64,000 bases of DNA from Planctomycetota bacterium (GTDB taxonomy: Bacteria; Planctomycetota; B15-G4; SIAN01), in NCBI GenBank assembly GCA_031409275.1, contig JANNXA010000016.1, forward strand, positions 128,001 through 192,000. Direction: 5' to 3'. A model generated the notes under the pieces. The model did not search any database. It worked only from the letters and a program-made list of their open reading frames with translations, and was not told the DNA's origin. A program made the position numbers and the translations under genes. Shown here in pieces: positions 38,263 through 49,182 of the stretch (position 1 is the first letter of the stretch; every line of letters begins with the position of its first letter).

Positions 38263-39153
38263 ATGGCGCGCCTGACCTTCTGCGTCCCGACCTGGAACGG
38301 CGCGCCGTTCATCGAGCGGACGCTCGCTGCCCTGCTGGCAGTCGACGGCGCCGCGCTCGAGGTGATCGTCGGCGACGATGCGTCCGACGACGGCAGCGCC
38401 GATCTGGCGCAGCGCTTCGCGCGCGAGCGCCGGGACGCTCGCGTCCGCGTCCACCCCTTCCGCGAGCGGCTCGGTCTGGCCGGCAACTGGAACCGGACGT
38501 TGCGCCTCGCGCGCGGCGATTACGTCTGCCTGTTCGGGCAGGACGACCTCTGCCACCCGGACTTCGCGCAGCGTCTGGTCGGCCGCCTCGAACGCCACCG
38601 CGACTGCGCGCTCGCCTTCGGCCGCCGCGACTTCGTGATCGCCGACGAGCCAAGCCGCGCCGCGATGGGCGACTTCTTCGAGCGGCGCTACCCCGAGATG
38701 ATGCGGCCCTTCGAGGCGCACGTGCAGGCGCTCGGCGAGGTGATTCCGGCGCGCGTGATGCTGGACGAAGCGTTGCGCTTCCGCTTCGAGATCAACCTGA
38801 TCGGCGAGCCGAGCTTCGCGGTGTTCCGGCGCGACCATCCGGCGGTCGCCGTCGGCTTCGACGAGCAGATGCAGCAGATGATCGACTGGGAGTTCTTCAC
38901 GCGCTTCTTCGCCGAGGCACCGGTCGCTCGCTGCCATGACACGATCGGCAGCTACCACGTCCACGCGCGCGGTTCGTCGCTCGCGAACGCGAAGCTGTCG
39001 CGCCACTACCGCGAGTTCGACCACCTGCTGGGCGTCGTGCTGGAGCGGTTCGCTGCGACGCTGACCGCGATCGATCGCGGCGCGCTCGAGGAACGGCGCA
39101 ACGAGGCGCGCCGCCTCGCGCTCGAGCATGCCGCGCAGGAGGCTCGCTCATGA
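38263..39153 (+). CDS. Glycosyltransferase family 2
   Basis: CVPTWNG, GDDASDD, GLAGNWN, GQDD, NLIGEPS, IDWEF. Confidence 0.9.
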   Translation: MARLTFCVPTWNGAPFIERTLAALLAVDGAALEVIVGDDASDDGSADLAQRFARERRDARVRVHPFRERLGLAGNWNRTLRLARGDYVCLFGQDDLCHPDFAQRLVGRLERHRDCALAFGRRDFVIADEPSRAAMGDFFERRYPEMMRPFEAHVQALGEVIPARVMLDEALRFRFEINLIGEPSFAVFRRDHPAVAVGFDEQMQQMIDWEFFTRFFAEAPVARCHDTIGSYHVHARGSSLANAKLSRHYREFDHLLGVVLERFAATLTAIDRGALEERRNEARRLALEHAAQEARS

Positions 39154-41027
39154 GCGGCGCGCGCGGGCCGGCCGTGGCGTGCGCGCTCCTCGTCGCGCTG
39201 CTGGTCGGCGCAGCCACCGCCTTGCGCATCTCGATCACCCACGCGCAGCCCGGCTGGGATCGCACCTCGCCGGTCGGCCTGCTGAAGAGCGATCCGGCGC
39301 TCCTCTATTGGTTCACCGAACGCCACGCTGCAGATGCCAGCGCATCGAACGACGACCTCGCCGCGACCACCTCGGTGCAGTGGCCCGACCCCATCGATGC
39401 GCGCGTCGAGTTCCCGCAACTGCAGATGCAACTCGCGGCGATGACGTGGCGGTGGTTTGGCGCCGGGATGCCGCTGCACGAGTGGTGCGTGCTGCTCTTC
39501 TCGCTGCTCGCCGCGACCGCGCTTTGGGGCGTCTTCGGCCTCGCGCACGAGCTGACCGGGCGTCGCGACCTGGCACTGGCCGCGACCGCCGCCGCCTTCC
39601 TGCTGCCGGCGACGTGGCGCACCGCGAGCTTCGTGCTGCTGGGAGAGGACGTCGCGCTGCCGGCCCTGGCGTTCCACTTCTGGCTCGCAGCGCGCGCCGC
39701 CCGATTGCGTACGCCGGCCGCCTTCCTGCTGGCGGGGCTGCCGTTGGCCATCGCCATGGCGGCCTGGCACGCCACCGGGTTCTTCGTCGCCATCGAAGCC
39801 GGCGCCTTCTTCCTTTGGTACCTGCGCAGCGGAGCCAACCCCTTCTCGGTGGCGCGCGCGTGGCTCGTGCTGCTGCCCTTCGCGCTTGCCTGCGCAGTCG
39901 AGCCGATGCTTCGTGGCAAGCTGCAACTCCTCTCGCTGCCGATGCAGATCGCGCTGGCGCTGCTGCTGATGGCGGCGATCGAGTCGCGGCGAAAGCTGGC
40001 CTTTGCAACACGGATCGGCGCCGCGCTCGCGCTGGTGGCGGCGGGCGCCGGTCTCGCCTGGCTCGCGGCGCGCCTGATGGGCGGCGGCATCGGCGACTAC
40101 TCGCACGTGTTCCGGCTGCTGCTCTGCAAGCTGCGCTACCTCGGCGAGTTCCCCGCCGATCCCAACGAACTGCCCTTCGAGGTCCGCATCCTCTGGCAGG
40201 GTCCCTTCGACACCACACAACTCGGCGCGCTGCTGAAGAACCTCTCGGCTCCGCTCTTCGTCGGCCTGCTCGGCGTCGCGTTCGCGCTGCCGGCATGGCG
40301 ACGTGGCACCACGGTCGAGGCGGTCGAGCGCGCGCGGGCCGTGCTGGCGCCCGCCGTGCTGGTGGCGCTGCTGGCGTCGTGGCTCATCCAGCGCACGCTC
40401 GTGCTTTCGGCACTGCTCTTCCCGGTCGCCGCCGTAATCGCGATCGAGACGCTCGCCTCGTGCGCTGCGGTCGCGAATTGCCGCTTCGTGCGGGGGGGTC
40501 TCGTGGCGCTGCTGCTGCTGGTGCCGGCGGCGCAATTCCCCGAGTTCGTCCGTTTCGTCGAGCAGAAGAACCGCTGGTACGAGCCGCGCCACAGCGCCGA
40601 GATCCGCGCGGCGGTGGAAGTGATCTCGAAGCTCGTGCCGCCGGGCGAGGCGGTGGCCAGCGACGAGATCAACTCGACCGCGATGCTGGCCCACACCGGC
40701 CACCCGATCCTGGTGCAGCCGAAGTACGAGTCGACGGCGGCGCGCGAACGGCTCGAGGAGTACCGCACCGCAGCGACGCGCGGCACGCCGGCCGAGCTCG
40801 CCGACTTCCTGCGCCGCCACCGATGCCGCTATCTGCTATTCGACTGGTTCCAGCTGTTCGCGACGCGCTACCAGGCGGGGCTGCGTTACGACAGCAACGA
40901 GATGGACGGCGACAGCGCGCTCGCGATCACCTACCAGACGCCAGCGGCGCTTCCCGGGTTCAAGCTGCTCTGGCGCAGCGGCGGGCCGCGCGACGGAATG
41001 CGTCTCTACGTGCTCGAATCACCCTGA
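39150..41027 (+). CDS. GT-C fold membrane glycosyltransferase, DPY19-like
   Basis: About 11-13 TMs plus a C-terminal soluble domain; [44 protein letters not shown]. Confidence 0.7.
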   Translation: MSGARGPAVACALLVALLVGAATALRISITHAQPGWDRTSPVGLLKSDPALLYWFTERHAADASASNDDLAATTSVQWPDPIDARVEFPQLQMQLAAMTWRWFGAGMPLHEWCVLLFSLLAATALWGVFGLAHELTGRRDLALAATAAAFLLPATWRTASFVLLGEDVALPALAFHFWLAARAARLRTPAAFLLAGLPLAIAMAAWHATGFFVAIEAGAFFLWYLRSGANPFSVARAWLVLLPFALACAVEPMLRGKLQLLSLPMQIALALLLMAAIESRRKLAFATRIGAALALVAAGAGLAWLAARLMGGGIGDYSHVFRLLLCKLRYLGEFPADPNELPFEVRILWQGPFDTTQLGALLKNLSAPLFVGLLGVAFALPAWRRGTTVEAVERARAVLAPAVLVALLASWLIQRTLVLSALLFPVAAVIAIETLASCAAVANCRFVRGGLVALLLLVPAAQFPEFVRFVEQKNRWYEPRHSAEIRAAVEVISKLVPPGEAVASDEINSTAMLAHTGHPILVQPKYESTAARERLEEYRTAATRGTPAELADFLRRHRCRYLLFDWFQLFATRYQAGLRYDSNEMDGDSALAITYQTPAALPGFKLLWRSGGPRDGMRLYVLESP

Positions 41028-41512
41028 CGGAAGCGGTCGAGCACTTTCTGGTTCTGCGCGAGGAACGCCTCGGCCCAGTGGTAGCGATCGAGCAACCCGG
41101 CGGTGTCGCGGCGCAGCATGGTGAATGCGGCGTAGATCGCCTCGATCGTGGCGAGCCCGTCATCGGGATCGGTGAGCTTCTTCGACATGCGCGGATAGGC
41201 GCTGACCAGCGGCGGCAGCGAGCGCACCGGCAGCTCGGCGTAGAGGCGTTCCATTCGCGGCGCCAGGCGCCACGTCGAGTCGATCACCAGCAGCCCCGCC
41301 TCCGCGTCCGCGACCGAGAGCTGCGGCCCGCCGATTCCCAACCGGACGTAGGCGTCGAGCGGCTCGCTGCCGCGCTGCGGATAGGGCCAGAAGCAGAACT
41401 CCCGATTCGCGCGGAGCGGTTCGACCGAGCACTTGCGGCGATTCTCGCGCGGATGGACCACGATGATGGTGGGAGGGTGGTTCACGCGGCGCGGCGCGTT
41501 CTCGACGTTCAT
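41006..41512 (-). CDS. DUF367/Tsr3-like aminocarboxypropyltransferase family protein
   Basis: [46 protein letters not shown]. Confidence 0.75.
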   Translation of the reverse strand: MNVENAPRRVNHPPTIIVVHPRENRRKCSVEPLRANREFCFWPYPQRGSEPLDAYVRLGIGGPQLSVADAEAGLLVIDSTWRLAPRMERLYAELPVRSLPPLVSAYPRMSKKLTDPDDGLATIEAIYAAFTMLRRDTAGLLDRYHWAEAFLAQNQKVLDRFRQGDSST

Positions 41513-42147
41513 CGCGAACGCTCGACTGCGACCGCGCCGTTCCACTCGCCGTCGCTCCAGAGTCCCTCGTTGCCGGCGCGAGCGGCTGACTCGGCCGCAC
41601 GAAACGCGTCCGGGAAACGACCGGGACCGTACTTGTCGAAAAAGCGCGAGTAGCCCGCTCGCACCATCGCGAGATTCACGCAGCGACCGTCCAGCAGCAC
41701 GTAGGCCAGCAGGCGACCGTACTCGTCGCGCTTCGCGACATCGGGCTGCTCGAAGATCAATTGCACCTCGCGGCCGGTCACCAGTGCGACGAGCGCCGCT
41801 GTCGCGCGCTCGTAGCCGGGAGCATCGCGTTCAGGCGTGTTGATGTTCAGCAGCCGGACCTTCTCCCGCGGAGTGATCGAGCCGACCAGCTCGACGTGCA
41901 GTGTGTCGCCGTCGACGACTTTCACGACCGGGCCGGAAAGCGGCCGTTCGCCCGATTCGAGCGTGAGCTGGTCGTTCGCCGACCGGCCGACCGCGGCCGC
42001 GACCGGGGCGCGAGCGGGTTCCGTTCCACCCTCGGGGGCGGTCGAGCATCGCTGCGACTGCTGCCAAAGCAGCAGCAACACGACCACGATCAACGCCGGC
42101 ACCCCCCCGCGCCGCCGCCGGCGCGGCCCGCCCCACCGCATCGCCAT
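41509..42147 (-). CDS. Thermonuclease (SNase) family protein with N-terminal anchor
   Basis: [35 protein letters not shown]. Confidence 0.9.
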   Translation of the reverse strand: MAMRWGGPRRRRRGGVPALIVVVLLLLWQQSQRCSTAPEGGTEPARAPVAAAVGRSANDQLTLESGERPLSGPVVKVVDGDTLHVELVGSITPREKVRLLNINTPERDAPGYERATAALVALVTGREVQLIFEQPDVAKRDEYGRLLAYVLLDGRCVNLAMVRAGYSRFFDKYGPGRFPDAFRAAESAARAGNEGLWSDGEWNGAVAVERSR

Positions 42148-42266
42148 TCCCCGCTCCGCACACCACCAAACCCGCCGCCACGGCGCGCCACCGTATCATT
42201 CGCGCCTCGTTCCGCCGCTCCCGCGCGATGCCCGCGCCGCGGCCACTCAGTCGTGAGGAGGAAGTG

Positions 42267-43286
42267 ATGTTCGCAGCGATGGTGTTGGCGGCGTCGGCGG
42301 CTCTCGCCGGCGGCGACGACAAGGTTCCCGACTTCGGTGCCGTCGAGTGGTGGAACTCGATGCCGTTGACGACCGGACGCCTGAAGGGGCGCGCCATCTT
42401 CGTCGAGTCGTTCCGCACCTGGTGAGGCCCTTGCACCGGACAGCTCCCCCACTTGACGGCGCTTCACGAGAAGTTCCGCAAGAAGGGCGTGCTGGTCGTC
42501 GGCGTGTCCGACGAGACGCATGAACTCATCGACGAGTACGTGAAGAAGCACGCGATCGCCTTCCCGATCGCGCGGATCGACGAGAAGGGCGGCTTCGAGG
42601 CGGCGATCGGCGTCCAGGGCTTCCCGAGCGCGGCGTTGATCGGCGCGGACGGCAAGCTGATCTGGACCGGCCATCCGGCCGAGGTCGACGCCATGCTCGA
42701 CAAGGCGGCGAAGGCCTCGAAGATGACGCCGCTCCTGCCGGCGGCGTGCAGCGCCGCGGAGAAGCTGCTGAACGACGGCAAGAGCGGCCTCGCCTGGGCC
42801 GAGCTCGAAAAGGTCGCCACCGCCGGCACGTTGCAGGGCGACGACCTGAAGTCGGTGACCGACCTGATCGCCTACTTCGAGAAGGACGCCACGGCGCTCT
42901 GGAAGGAGGCCGAGGCGGCCGTCACCGCCAAGGACTGGATGAAGGCGGCGAGCGTTTGCGAGCGCCTGGTCCCGTACGCCGGCAAGGAGCCGGGTGATCT
43001 GGGCAAGGCGAAGCTCGCGGAGCTGCGAGCCGACCCGGCGCTGGTGAAGGAGATCGACGGCGCCAAACAGAACGCCACCGGAGCCGAGTTCGAGAAGGAG
43101 CTCGAGTTCAAGGAGGCGCAGAAGATCTACAAGCAGGTGGTCGCCAAGTTCGCCGGCAGCGAAGCGGCGAAGCAGGCGCAGAAGCGGCTCGACGTGATCA
43201 AGACGGACGGGCTGCTGAACATGGACAAGAACTGCGAGCTGTGCCGCGGGGGCAACCGCCCGTGCTCGCGACACGCGAAGGGCTGA
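42267..43286 (+). CDS. Secreted TlpA/redoxin-family protein with UxxC motif (probable selenoprotein; in-frame TGA at 42423-42425)
   Basis: GAGGAG RBS and signal peptide; FRTW-TGA-GPC continues in frame into the rest of the thioredoxin fold (VVGVSDE, GFPSAALI). Confidence 0.8.
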
Positions 43287-43432
43287 CGCCCGACGACGAC
43301 CATTCGACCGATCGAAGTTCAGGGACCCGTCGCCGCTCGTCGGTGGCGGGTCCCGTTCGTTCTGTCAGGCGCTCTAGCACCCCGCGCCGGTGGCGAACTC
43401 CGCGCCGGCGGCGCACGGGGACGCCGGTGGCG

Positions 43433-43628
43433 TGCGCACCGGTGGCGGGGATGTTTCCACCACTGCGCACCGGTGGTGCGCACCGGTGGCGGGGATGTTT
43501 CCACCACCGCAGAAATCTCGCCTTGCCCAGCGAGCGGCGCCGTTGACAGGCGCGACGGTTCATCGACCTCCGTAATCGCCGGGGAGCCGGGTGCGGAAAG
43601 GGCGGGAGAAAGATCCCCGCCACCGGTG
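43433..43628. repeat. REP/MITE-like cluster: two direct copies and one inverted copy of CACCGGTGGCGGGGATsTTTC
   Basis: Copies at 43433-43463 and 43477-43507, inverted at 43589-43628; lies between convergent genes. Confidence 0.8.
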
Positions 43629-43634
43629 GTGCAG

Positions 43635-44963
43635 TCAGCTCCGGTAGAGCGATTCGAACTGCTCGGCAATGGTCGCGGCGCTCGGGACCTCCTGCCGCGA
43701 GACCCGGAGGGCCTGCCAGAGACCCGGCTCGTTCACGAAGCGGGCGAGCGCGGCGAGCAGGTCGGCGGCGTCTCCGGGTCGAAACGCGAGGCCGTTGCCG
43801 CGCGCGGCGAGCAGCTCGTCCATGCCACCGTGACCCGCGACGATCACGGGCAATCTCGCGAGCGCGGCCTCATCGAGGGTGATCGGCGCGTTCTCGTACC
43901 AGCGCGACGGGACCACCAGCACGTCGATCGAGCCGAGCACCGCGGCCAGACGCGCGCGCTCGAAGCTGCCGTGGAACGTGATCGCCGAGTGGTGGAAGCG
44001 TGATTCGAGTCGCCGCGCGTAGGCACCGCCATCCCACGGCGACGTGCCATGGATCGCCAGCGTCGCCCTCGCCGGCCCACCGCCAGCGCCATCGATCAAC
44101 CGGCGGAACGCTTCGAGCAGCAGATCGGCGCCCTTCGAAGGCAGCAGCGATCCGACGAAGCCGAAACGCAGCGGTTTGCCAGGTTCCGCGCGCGGCGCGA
44201 GCGCCGCCGCCACTTCCGAAGCGACGCCGTTCGCGATGACGACTCCGCGCTCCATGTGCAGGCCGTGGCGGCGATGTTCGTCGAGCACGAAGCGCGACGG
44301 GGCGGTGATCACGTCCGCACGGCCGAGCTGCGCCAGCATCTCGGCGCTGCGCCGTCGAATGGCGATCGTGCCGAGGTTCTCGGCGAGGTAGCGCGGCAGA
44401 CCGGCGAGCGCCGCGAACGGCTCGCGCGCGAAGCGCTGCAACGCATAGCGCGCCCGCTTCTTGCCGATGCAGCGCGCGCAGCGCTGCGGTTCGATCTCGG
44501 CGCAAAGGTGGCCATCGGGCGTGAAGCGCTGGCCGCGCGCGCAGAGGTGCCAGAAGTCGTGCAGCGTGACGACGACGCGGGCACCGGCCTTTCGAGCCGC
44601 CTCGATCAGGTCGATCGAGAGTCCGAGCGTGTGGTGGAAGTGAACGACGTCGACCCCCGCCGCGAGCTCGCGCTCGAACGCGGCGTGAACGCCCGCATCG
44701 AGATAGGTGCCGCGCAAGGAGGTGGCGCGCTCCGGCAACGTCTTCAGCCGCGTCACCGCGACGCCTTCCACCCGCTCCCGCAGGGTGGCCAGCAACGGCA
44801 GGTCGGGCCAGCCGGTGCGCACGAAGGCACGCACGTCGTGGCCCCGTTCCAACAGCGCGCGCGCCAGCCAGTGGGCAGAGAGCTCGGCGCCGGCGTGCTC
44901 GCGCGGCGGGTACCCGTGCGCGACGACGAGGATGCGCAGCGGCGCGTTCAAGCTCGACTTCAT
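43635..44963 (-). CDS. Glycosyltransferase family 4 (related to 30828-32183)
   Basis: HGYPPREHAGAE, TLHDFWHLC, VPSRWYENAP. Confidence 0.9.
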   Translation of the reverse strand: MKSSLNAPLRILVVAHGYPPREHAGAELSAHWLARALLERGHDVRAFVRTGWPDLPLLATLRERVEGVAVTRLKTLPERATSLRGTYLDAGVHAAFERELAAGVDVVHFHHTLGLSIDLIEAARKAGARVVVTLHDFWHLCARGQRFTPDGHLCAEIEPQRCARCIGKKRARYALQRFAREPFAALAGLPRYLAENLGTIAIRRRSAEMLAQLGRADVITAPSRFVLDEHRRHGLHMERGVVIANGVASEVAAALAPRAEPGKPLRFGFVGSLLPSKGADLLLEAFRRLIDGAGGGPARATLAIHGTSPWDGGAYARRLESRFHHSAITFHGSFERARLAAVLGSIDVLVVPSRWYENAPITLDEAALARLPVIVAGHGGMDELLAARGNGLAFRPGDAADLLAALARFVNEPGLWQALRVSRQEVPSAATIAEQFESLYRS

Positions 44964-45147
44964 CGTCCCCCGATCCATGGAAGAGCGCGGCCATCATGCC
45001 GCGATCGGCCGCGTGGCCGAGCAACCCAACGAAGCGCGAACAGTCGAACAACTCCTTCCCCCGCGCCCTCGCCCGCGCAATCATCGGCCGCTCCGACTGC
45101 CTTCCGGCAGCGCCGGTGCCGTCCATCGATCTGCCGAGGGAACCGAA

Positions 45148-47238
45148 ATGAGCGCGATCGCCTCCGCCTCGACTACCGCGGCGACTCCGGCCCCCGCCAT
45201 CCCGACGAGCCATCCGCGCGGCCTCTACGGCCTCTTCATGACCGAGATGTGGGAGCGCTTCTCCTACTACGGCATGCGCGCGCTGCTGATGAACTACATG
45301 ACCGTCTACCACGGCTGGCTGCCGTCGCAGGCATCGGGCGTCTACAAGTGGTACACGAGCCTCGTCTACCTGATGCCGCTGTTCGGAGGCATGGCCGCCG
45401 ACCGTTGGCTCGGGCTGATGCCGTCGATCATCATCGGATCGGTCTTGATGGCGCTCGGCCACTTCCTGATGGCCTTCGAGCAGGTCGAGATCTTCTACGT
45501 CGCGCTTGGCGTGCTGGTGCTCGGCAACGGCTTCTTCAAGCCGAACATCTCGACCCTGGTCGGGAAGATGTACTACAAGAACGACCCGCGTCGCGACGGC
45601 GCCTTCACGATCTTCTACATGGCCATCAACCTCGGCGCGTTCCTGTCGCCGCTGGTGTGTGGTTGGCTGCGCTACAACATGGGCGCCGTGCCCGGCATGG
45701 GCTTCCATTGGGGCTTCGCTGCCGCCGGGATCGGGATGCTGATCGGCTGCCTGACGTTCGTCGTCTGCAAGCGACAGGTGATCCGCGACGTCGAGGTGAC
45801 CGGCAACGAGCTCAAGCTCGCCCGCCACCAGACGCAGTCGGCCGCGGCGAAGCAGTCCGCCGCCGACGAAGCCACCGGAGGCACCGGCGGTGTCGGCGGC
45901 ATCGTCACCAGGCTCTTCCCGTGGGTCTTCACCGCGGTCGGCCTGTTCCTGGCGGGCTACGCGATCAACGAGCTGATGGGCGCTGCCAAGATCGGCGGCA
46001 AGCAGATCGCCAGCGCGGTCATGCCCATCGCGTACGGCGCGATCTTCACCGTCATGAGCGTCACGCTGTTCCGGATCAAGGGCGCCGCACGCGACAAGAG
46101 CACGGTGATCTTCTTCGCCTTCATCTTCATGGTCATCTTCTGGATGGCCTTCGAACAGGCCGGCAACGCGCTCACGACGTGGGCCGAGCACAACACCGTG
46201 TTCGAGATCGGCGGCTGGCGCATGCCGTCGGAGTGGTGGCAGTCGGTGAACGCGGTGCTGATCGTCGCGCTCGCGCCGCTGATCTCCTCGCTCTGGCAGC
46301 GGCTCGGCAAGTACGAGCCGACGACGCCGACCAAGATGTTCCTCGCGCTCGGGTTCATGGCCGCGGCCTTCGTGCCGATGGTCGTCGCGGCGGGCAAGGA
46401 AGACGCGACGCGCACCCGCGTCCCGTGCGCCGCCTTGCCGGCGCAGTACGTGCTGGCGGACGCCGCGACCGGCACCTTCGGACCGGCCCCGGAGAACGCG
46501 GGCAACGCGGTGACCGGCGTCGACGCCGGACGCCTGCGCTTCAAGGACGGGCAGCTCGAGAAGGACGGAGCGCTCGGCCACTACCTCGTGATCGATCTCC
46601 TGAAGCCGACCGTCCCCACCGCGTTCGCCGAGCAGGTGCTCGGCGTCGCCAACGCCGACGGCGATCGGATCGGCGGACTCGATCAGTTCTGCCGCGGCGC
46701 CTCGAAGGAGTCGCCCAAGGTCCGCAAGTTCGAGGGCGTGCCGGCGGGCTACAAGCTGCCGTTCACAGCCGACGAACTGGCGAACCTCGGGATCGACTGG
46801 AATGTCGCGACCAGCACCATGACGTTCACCGCGTATGCCGAAGCGCCGACGCGGACCGAGATCCTCATCGCGGGCGCCACGCCCGAGTGGCGCGATTCCC
46901 TGATCGCGCTGCGGGAGCAGTCGAAGAGCGCGCGCGTCAGCGGCGTCTGGCTCTTCATCCAGTACCTCTTCGCGACGCTCGGGGAGCTGTGCATCTCCCC
47001 GGTCGGTCTCTCGCTGGTGACCAAGCTCGCGCCGCTTCGCTTCGCCGCCCTGTTCATGGGCGTGTTCCTGATGTCGAACTCGCTCGCGCAGTACGCGGGC
47101 GGCCTGCTCGGCGAATCGTGGGGCCTGATCCCGCCGGTCGACTACTTCACCTTCTTCGTGTGGACGTCGCTCGGCGGCTGCATCCTCGCCGGCCTGCTGA
47201 TCAAGCCGCTCAAACAGATGATGCACGACGTCCGATGA
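45148..47238 (+). CDS. POT/PTR-family proton-dependent oligopeptide transporter with large insertion
   Basis: EMWERFSYYGMR, GNGFFKPN, FYMAINLGA, FEQAG, ELCISPVGLS. Confidence 0.93.
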   Translation: MSAIASASTTAATPAPAIPTSHPRGLYGLFMTEMWERFSYYGMRALLMNYMTVYHGWLPSQASGVYKWYTSLVYLMPLFGGMAADRWLGLMPSIIIGSVLMALGHFLMAFEQVEIFYVALGVLVLGNGFFKPNISTLVGKMYYKNDPRRDGAFTIFYMAINLGAFLSPLVCGWLRYNMGAVPGMGFHWGFAAAGIGMLIGCLTFVVCKRQVIRDVEVTGNELKLARHQTQSAAAKQSAADEATGGTGGVGGIVTRLFPWVFTAVGLFLAGYAINELMGAAKIGGKQIASAVMPIAYGAIFTVMSVTLFRIKGAARDKSTVIFFAFIFMVIFWMAFEQAGNALTTWAEHNTVFEIGGWRMPSEWWQSVNAVLIVALAPLISSLWQRLGKYEPTTPTKMFLALGFMAAAFVPMVVAAGKEDATRTRVPCAALPAQYVLADAATGTFGPAPENAGNAVTGVDAGRLRFKDGQLEKDGALGHYLVIDLLKPTVPTAFAEQVLGVANADGDRIGGLDQFCRGASKESPKVRKFEGVPAGYKLPFTADELANLGIDWNVATSTMTFTAYAEAPTRTEILIAGATPEWRDSLIALREQSKSARVSGVWLFIQYLFATLGELCISPVGLSLVTKLAPLRFAALFMGVFLMSNSLAQYAGGLLGESWGLIPPVDYFTFFVWTSLGGCILAGLLIKPLKQMMHDVR

Positions 47239-47260
47239 GCCGATTCAGGCGAGCCCAGGC

Positions 47261-48094
47261 GTGATCCATCTGGAGGGTCGCATCGCCGTCGAGGCCGCGC
47301 TGGCGGCGGGTCGGCGGCGGGTCGAAGTCGTCCTGCTCGACGAGGGCAAGCACGCCGAGAAGCTCGATCCGCTGCTGGCGGCGGCGGCGCGGCGCAAGGT
47401 GGCGGTGCAGCGCGTGCCGGCCGGAGAGCTCGACGTGCTGGCGCACGGGCGCTCGCACGGCGGCGTGATGGCGCGTTGCGAGCCGCTGCCCGCGACGACC
47501 GAACGCGAGCTGCTGGCGACGCTCGATGGCCTCGGCAGCGCCCCGCTCCTGCTGCTGCTCGACGGGGTCGACGACGACCGCAATCTGGGATTCACGCTGC
47601 GATCGGCCGAGGCGCTCGGCGCGACGGCGGTTCTGGTGAAGAAGCATTCGCTCGACTTCGACGAGACCGAGGTCTCGCGCAGCTCGTCGGGCGCGTTCGA
47701 GCGTCTTCCCCTGGTGCATCTCGACCGCGAAAGCGGGCTGCTGCCCGAGCTGCGCCGGCGCCGCTTCGCGATGGTGGCCTGCGTCGCGAATGCCAAGCGC
47801 GCGATCTGGGAGCACAACTTCGCCGGTCCGACGCTTTTCGCCGTGGGCGGCGAGAAACGCGGGCTGTCGGCGGCGGTGCGCGACGAGTGCAGCGACTTCG
47901 CCCGCATCCCGATGCACTCCGAAGTGACGTCGCTGTCGCTCTCCCATGCGGCGGCGATCCTGCTGGCCGAAGCCGCGCGCCAGCGCCACGTCGCGGCCAA
48001 GTTCGCCGCCGCCGCGGCGGCGGCTGCGGCGCTGTCGGCGGCCGCCGCAGCAAACGTTCGACCTTCCCCGCCCGCTCCTGGAGCTCCCGCGTGA
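47261..48094 (+). CDS. TrmH/SpoU-family RNA 2'-O-methyltransferase (RlmB-like)
   Basis: LDGVDDDRNLG, VGGEKRGLS, RIPM..VTSLSLS. Confidence 0.88.
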   Translation: MIHLEGRIAVEAALAAGRRRVEVVLLDEGKHAEKLDPLLAAAARRKVAVQRVPAGELDVLAHGRSHGGVMARCEPLPATTERELLATLDGLGSAPLLLLLDGVDDDRNLGFTLRSAEALGATAVLVKKHSLDFDETEVSRSSSGAFERLPLVHLDRESGLLPELRRRRFAMVACVANAKRAIWEHNFAGPTLFAVGGEKRGLSAAVRDECSDFARIPMHSEVTSLSLSHAAAILLAEAARQRHVAAKFAAAAAAAAALSAAAAANVRPSPPAPGAPA

Positions 48095-48415
48095 CCGATT
48101 CGTCCAACTTCGAACTCGAGCGTGCAGTCGCGGCGGAGATCCGCGCGCAGCTCGACGCTCTCCCACGCGCGGGCGCGACCATCGACCCCTCTGCGATCGC
48201 TCGCGCGCTCGATCCCGAATGGCCTCGCCACTTGATGGCGACCGTGCGCGAGGTGGCGCGGCAGATGGCGGAACGCGGGGAGCTGGTGGTGACGCGCCAC
48301 GGGAAGCCCGTGACCGAGTGGCCGTGGCGTGGCGTCATCCGCCTGCGCGCCGTGATGCCGGGCGGTGTCAAACCGGGCGCAAGCGCTGCGGACGCAAATC
48401 CCGAGGAGGCGCCGC

Positions 48416-48435
<20 letters not shown>
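48091..48435 (+). CDS. DUF3253-like small winged-helix protein
   Basis: TIDPSAIARAL, LMATVREVA, VTRHGKPV...RGVIRL; GTGA overlap. Confidence 0.75.
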
Positions 48436-49048
<613 letters not shown>

Positions 49049-49182
49049 GGGCGCAGAGGATACGCGACGCCGGACGAGCGCGGCGCCGAAGCGAAGCGGG
49101 CGCCCCACCTTGCGATGGGACGCCCGCGAAACACCGTTCTGGAACGCTCCGGATCGGCCGGAGCTCGCGATCGAGCGGCTCG

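Noticed and set aside
39150..41027. STT3/PglB oligosaccharyltransferase
   Set aside because: No WWDxG motif
42423..42425. Pseudogene (nonsense mutation) reading of the redoxin gene
   Set aside because: The stop is TGA exactly at the catalytic Cys position and both halves look intact; selenocysteine is more parsimonious, though unproven
43433..43507. Possible CRISPR array
   Set aside because: Only two direct copies with a 13-bp gap, inverted copies nearby, and no cas genes
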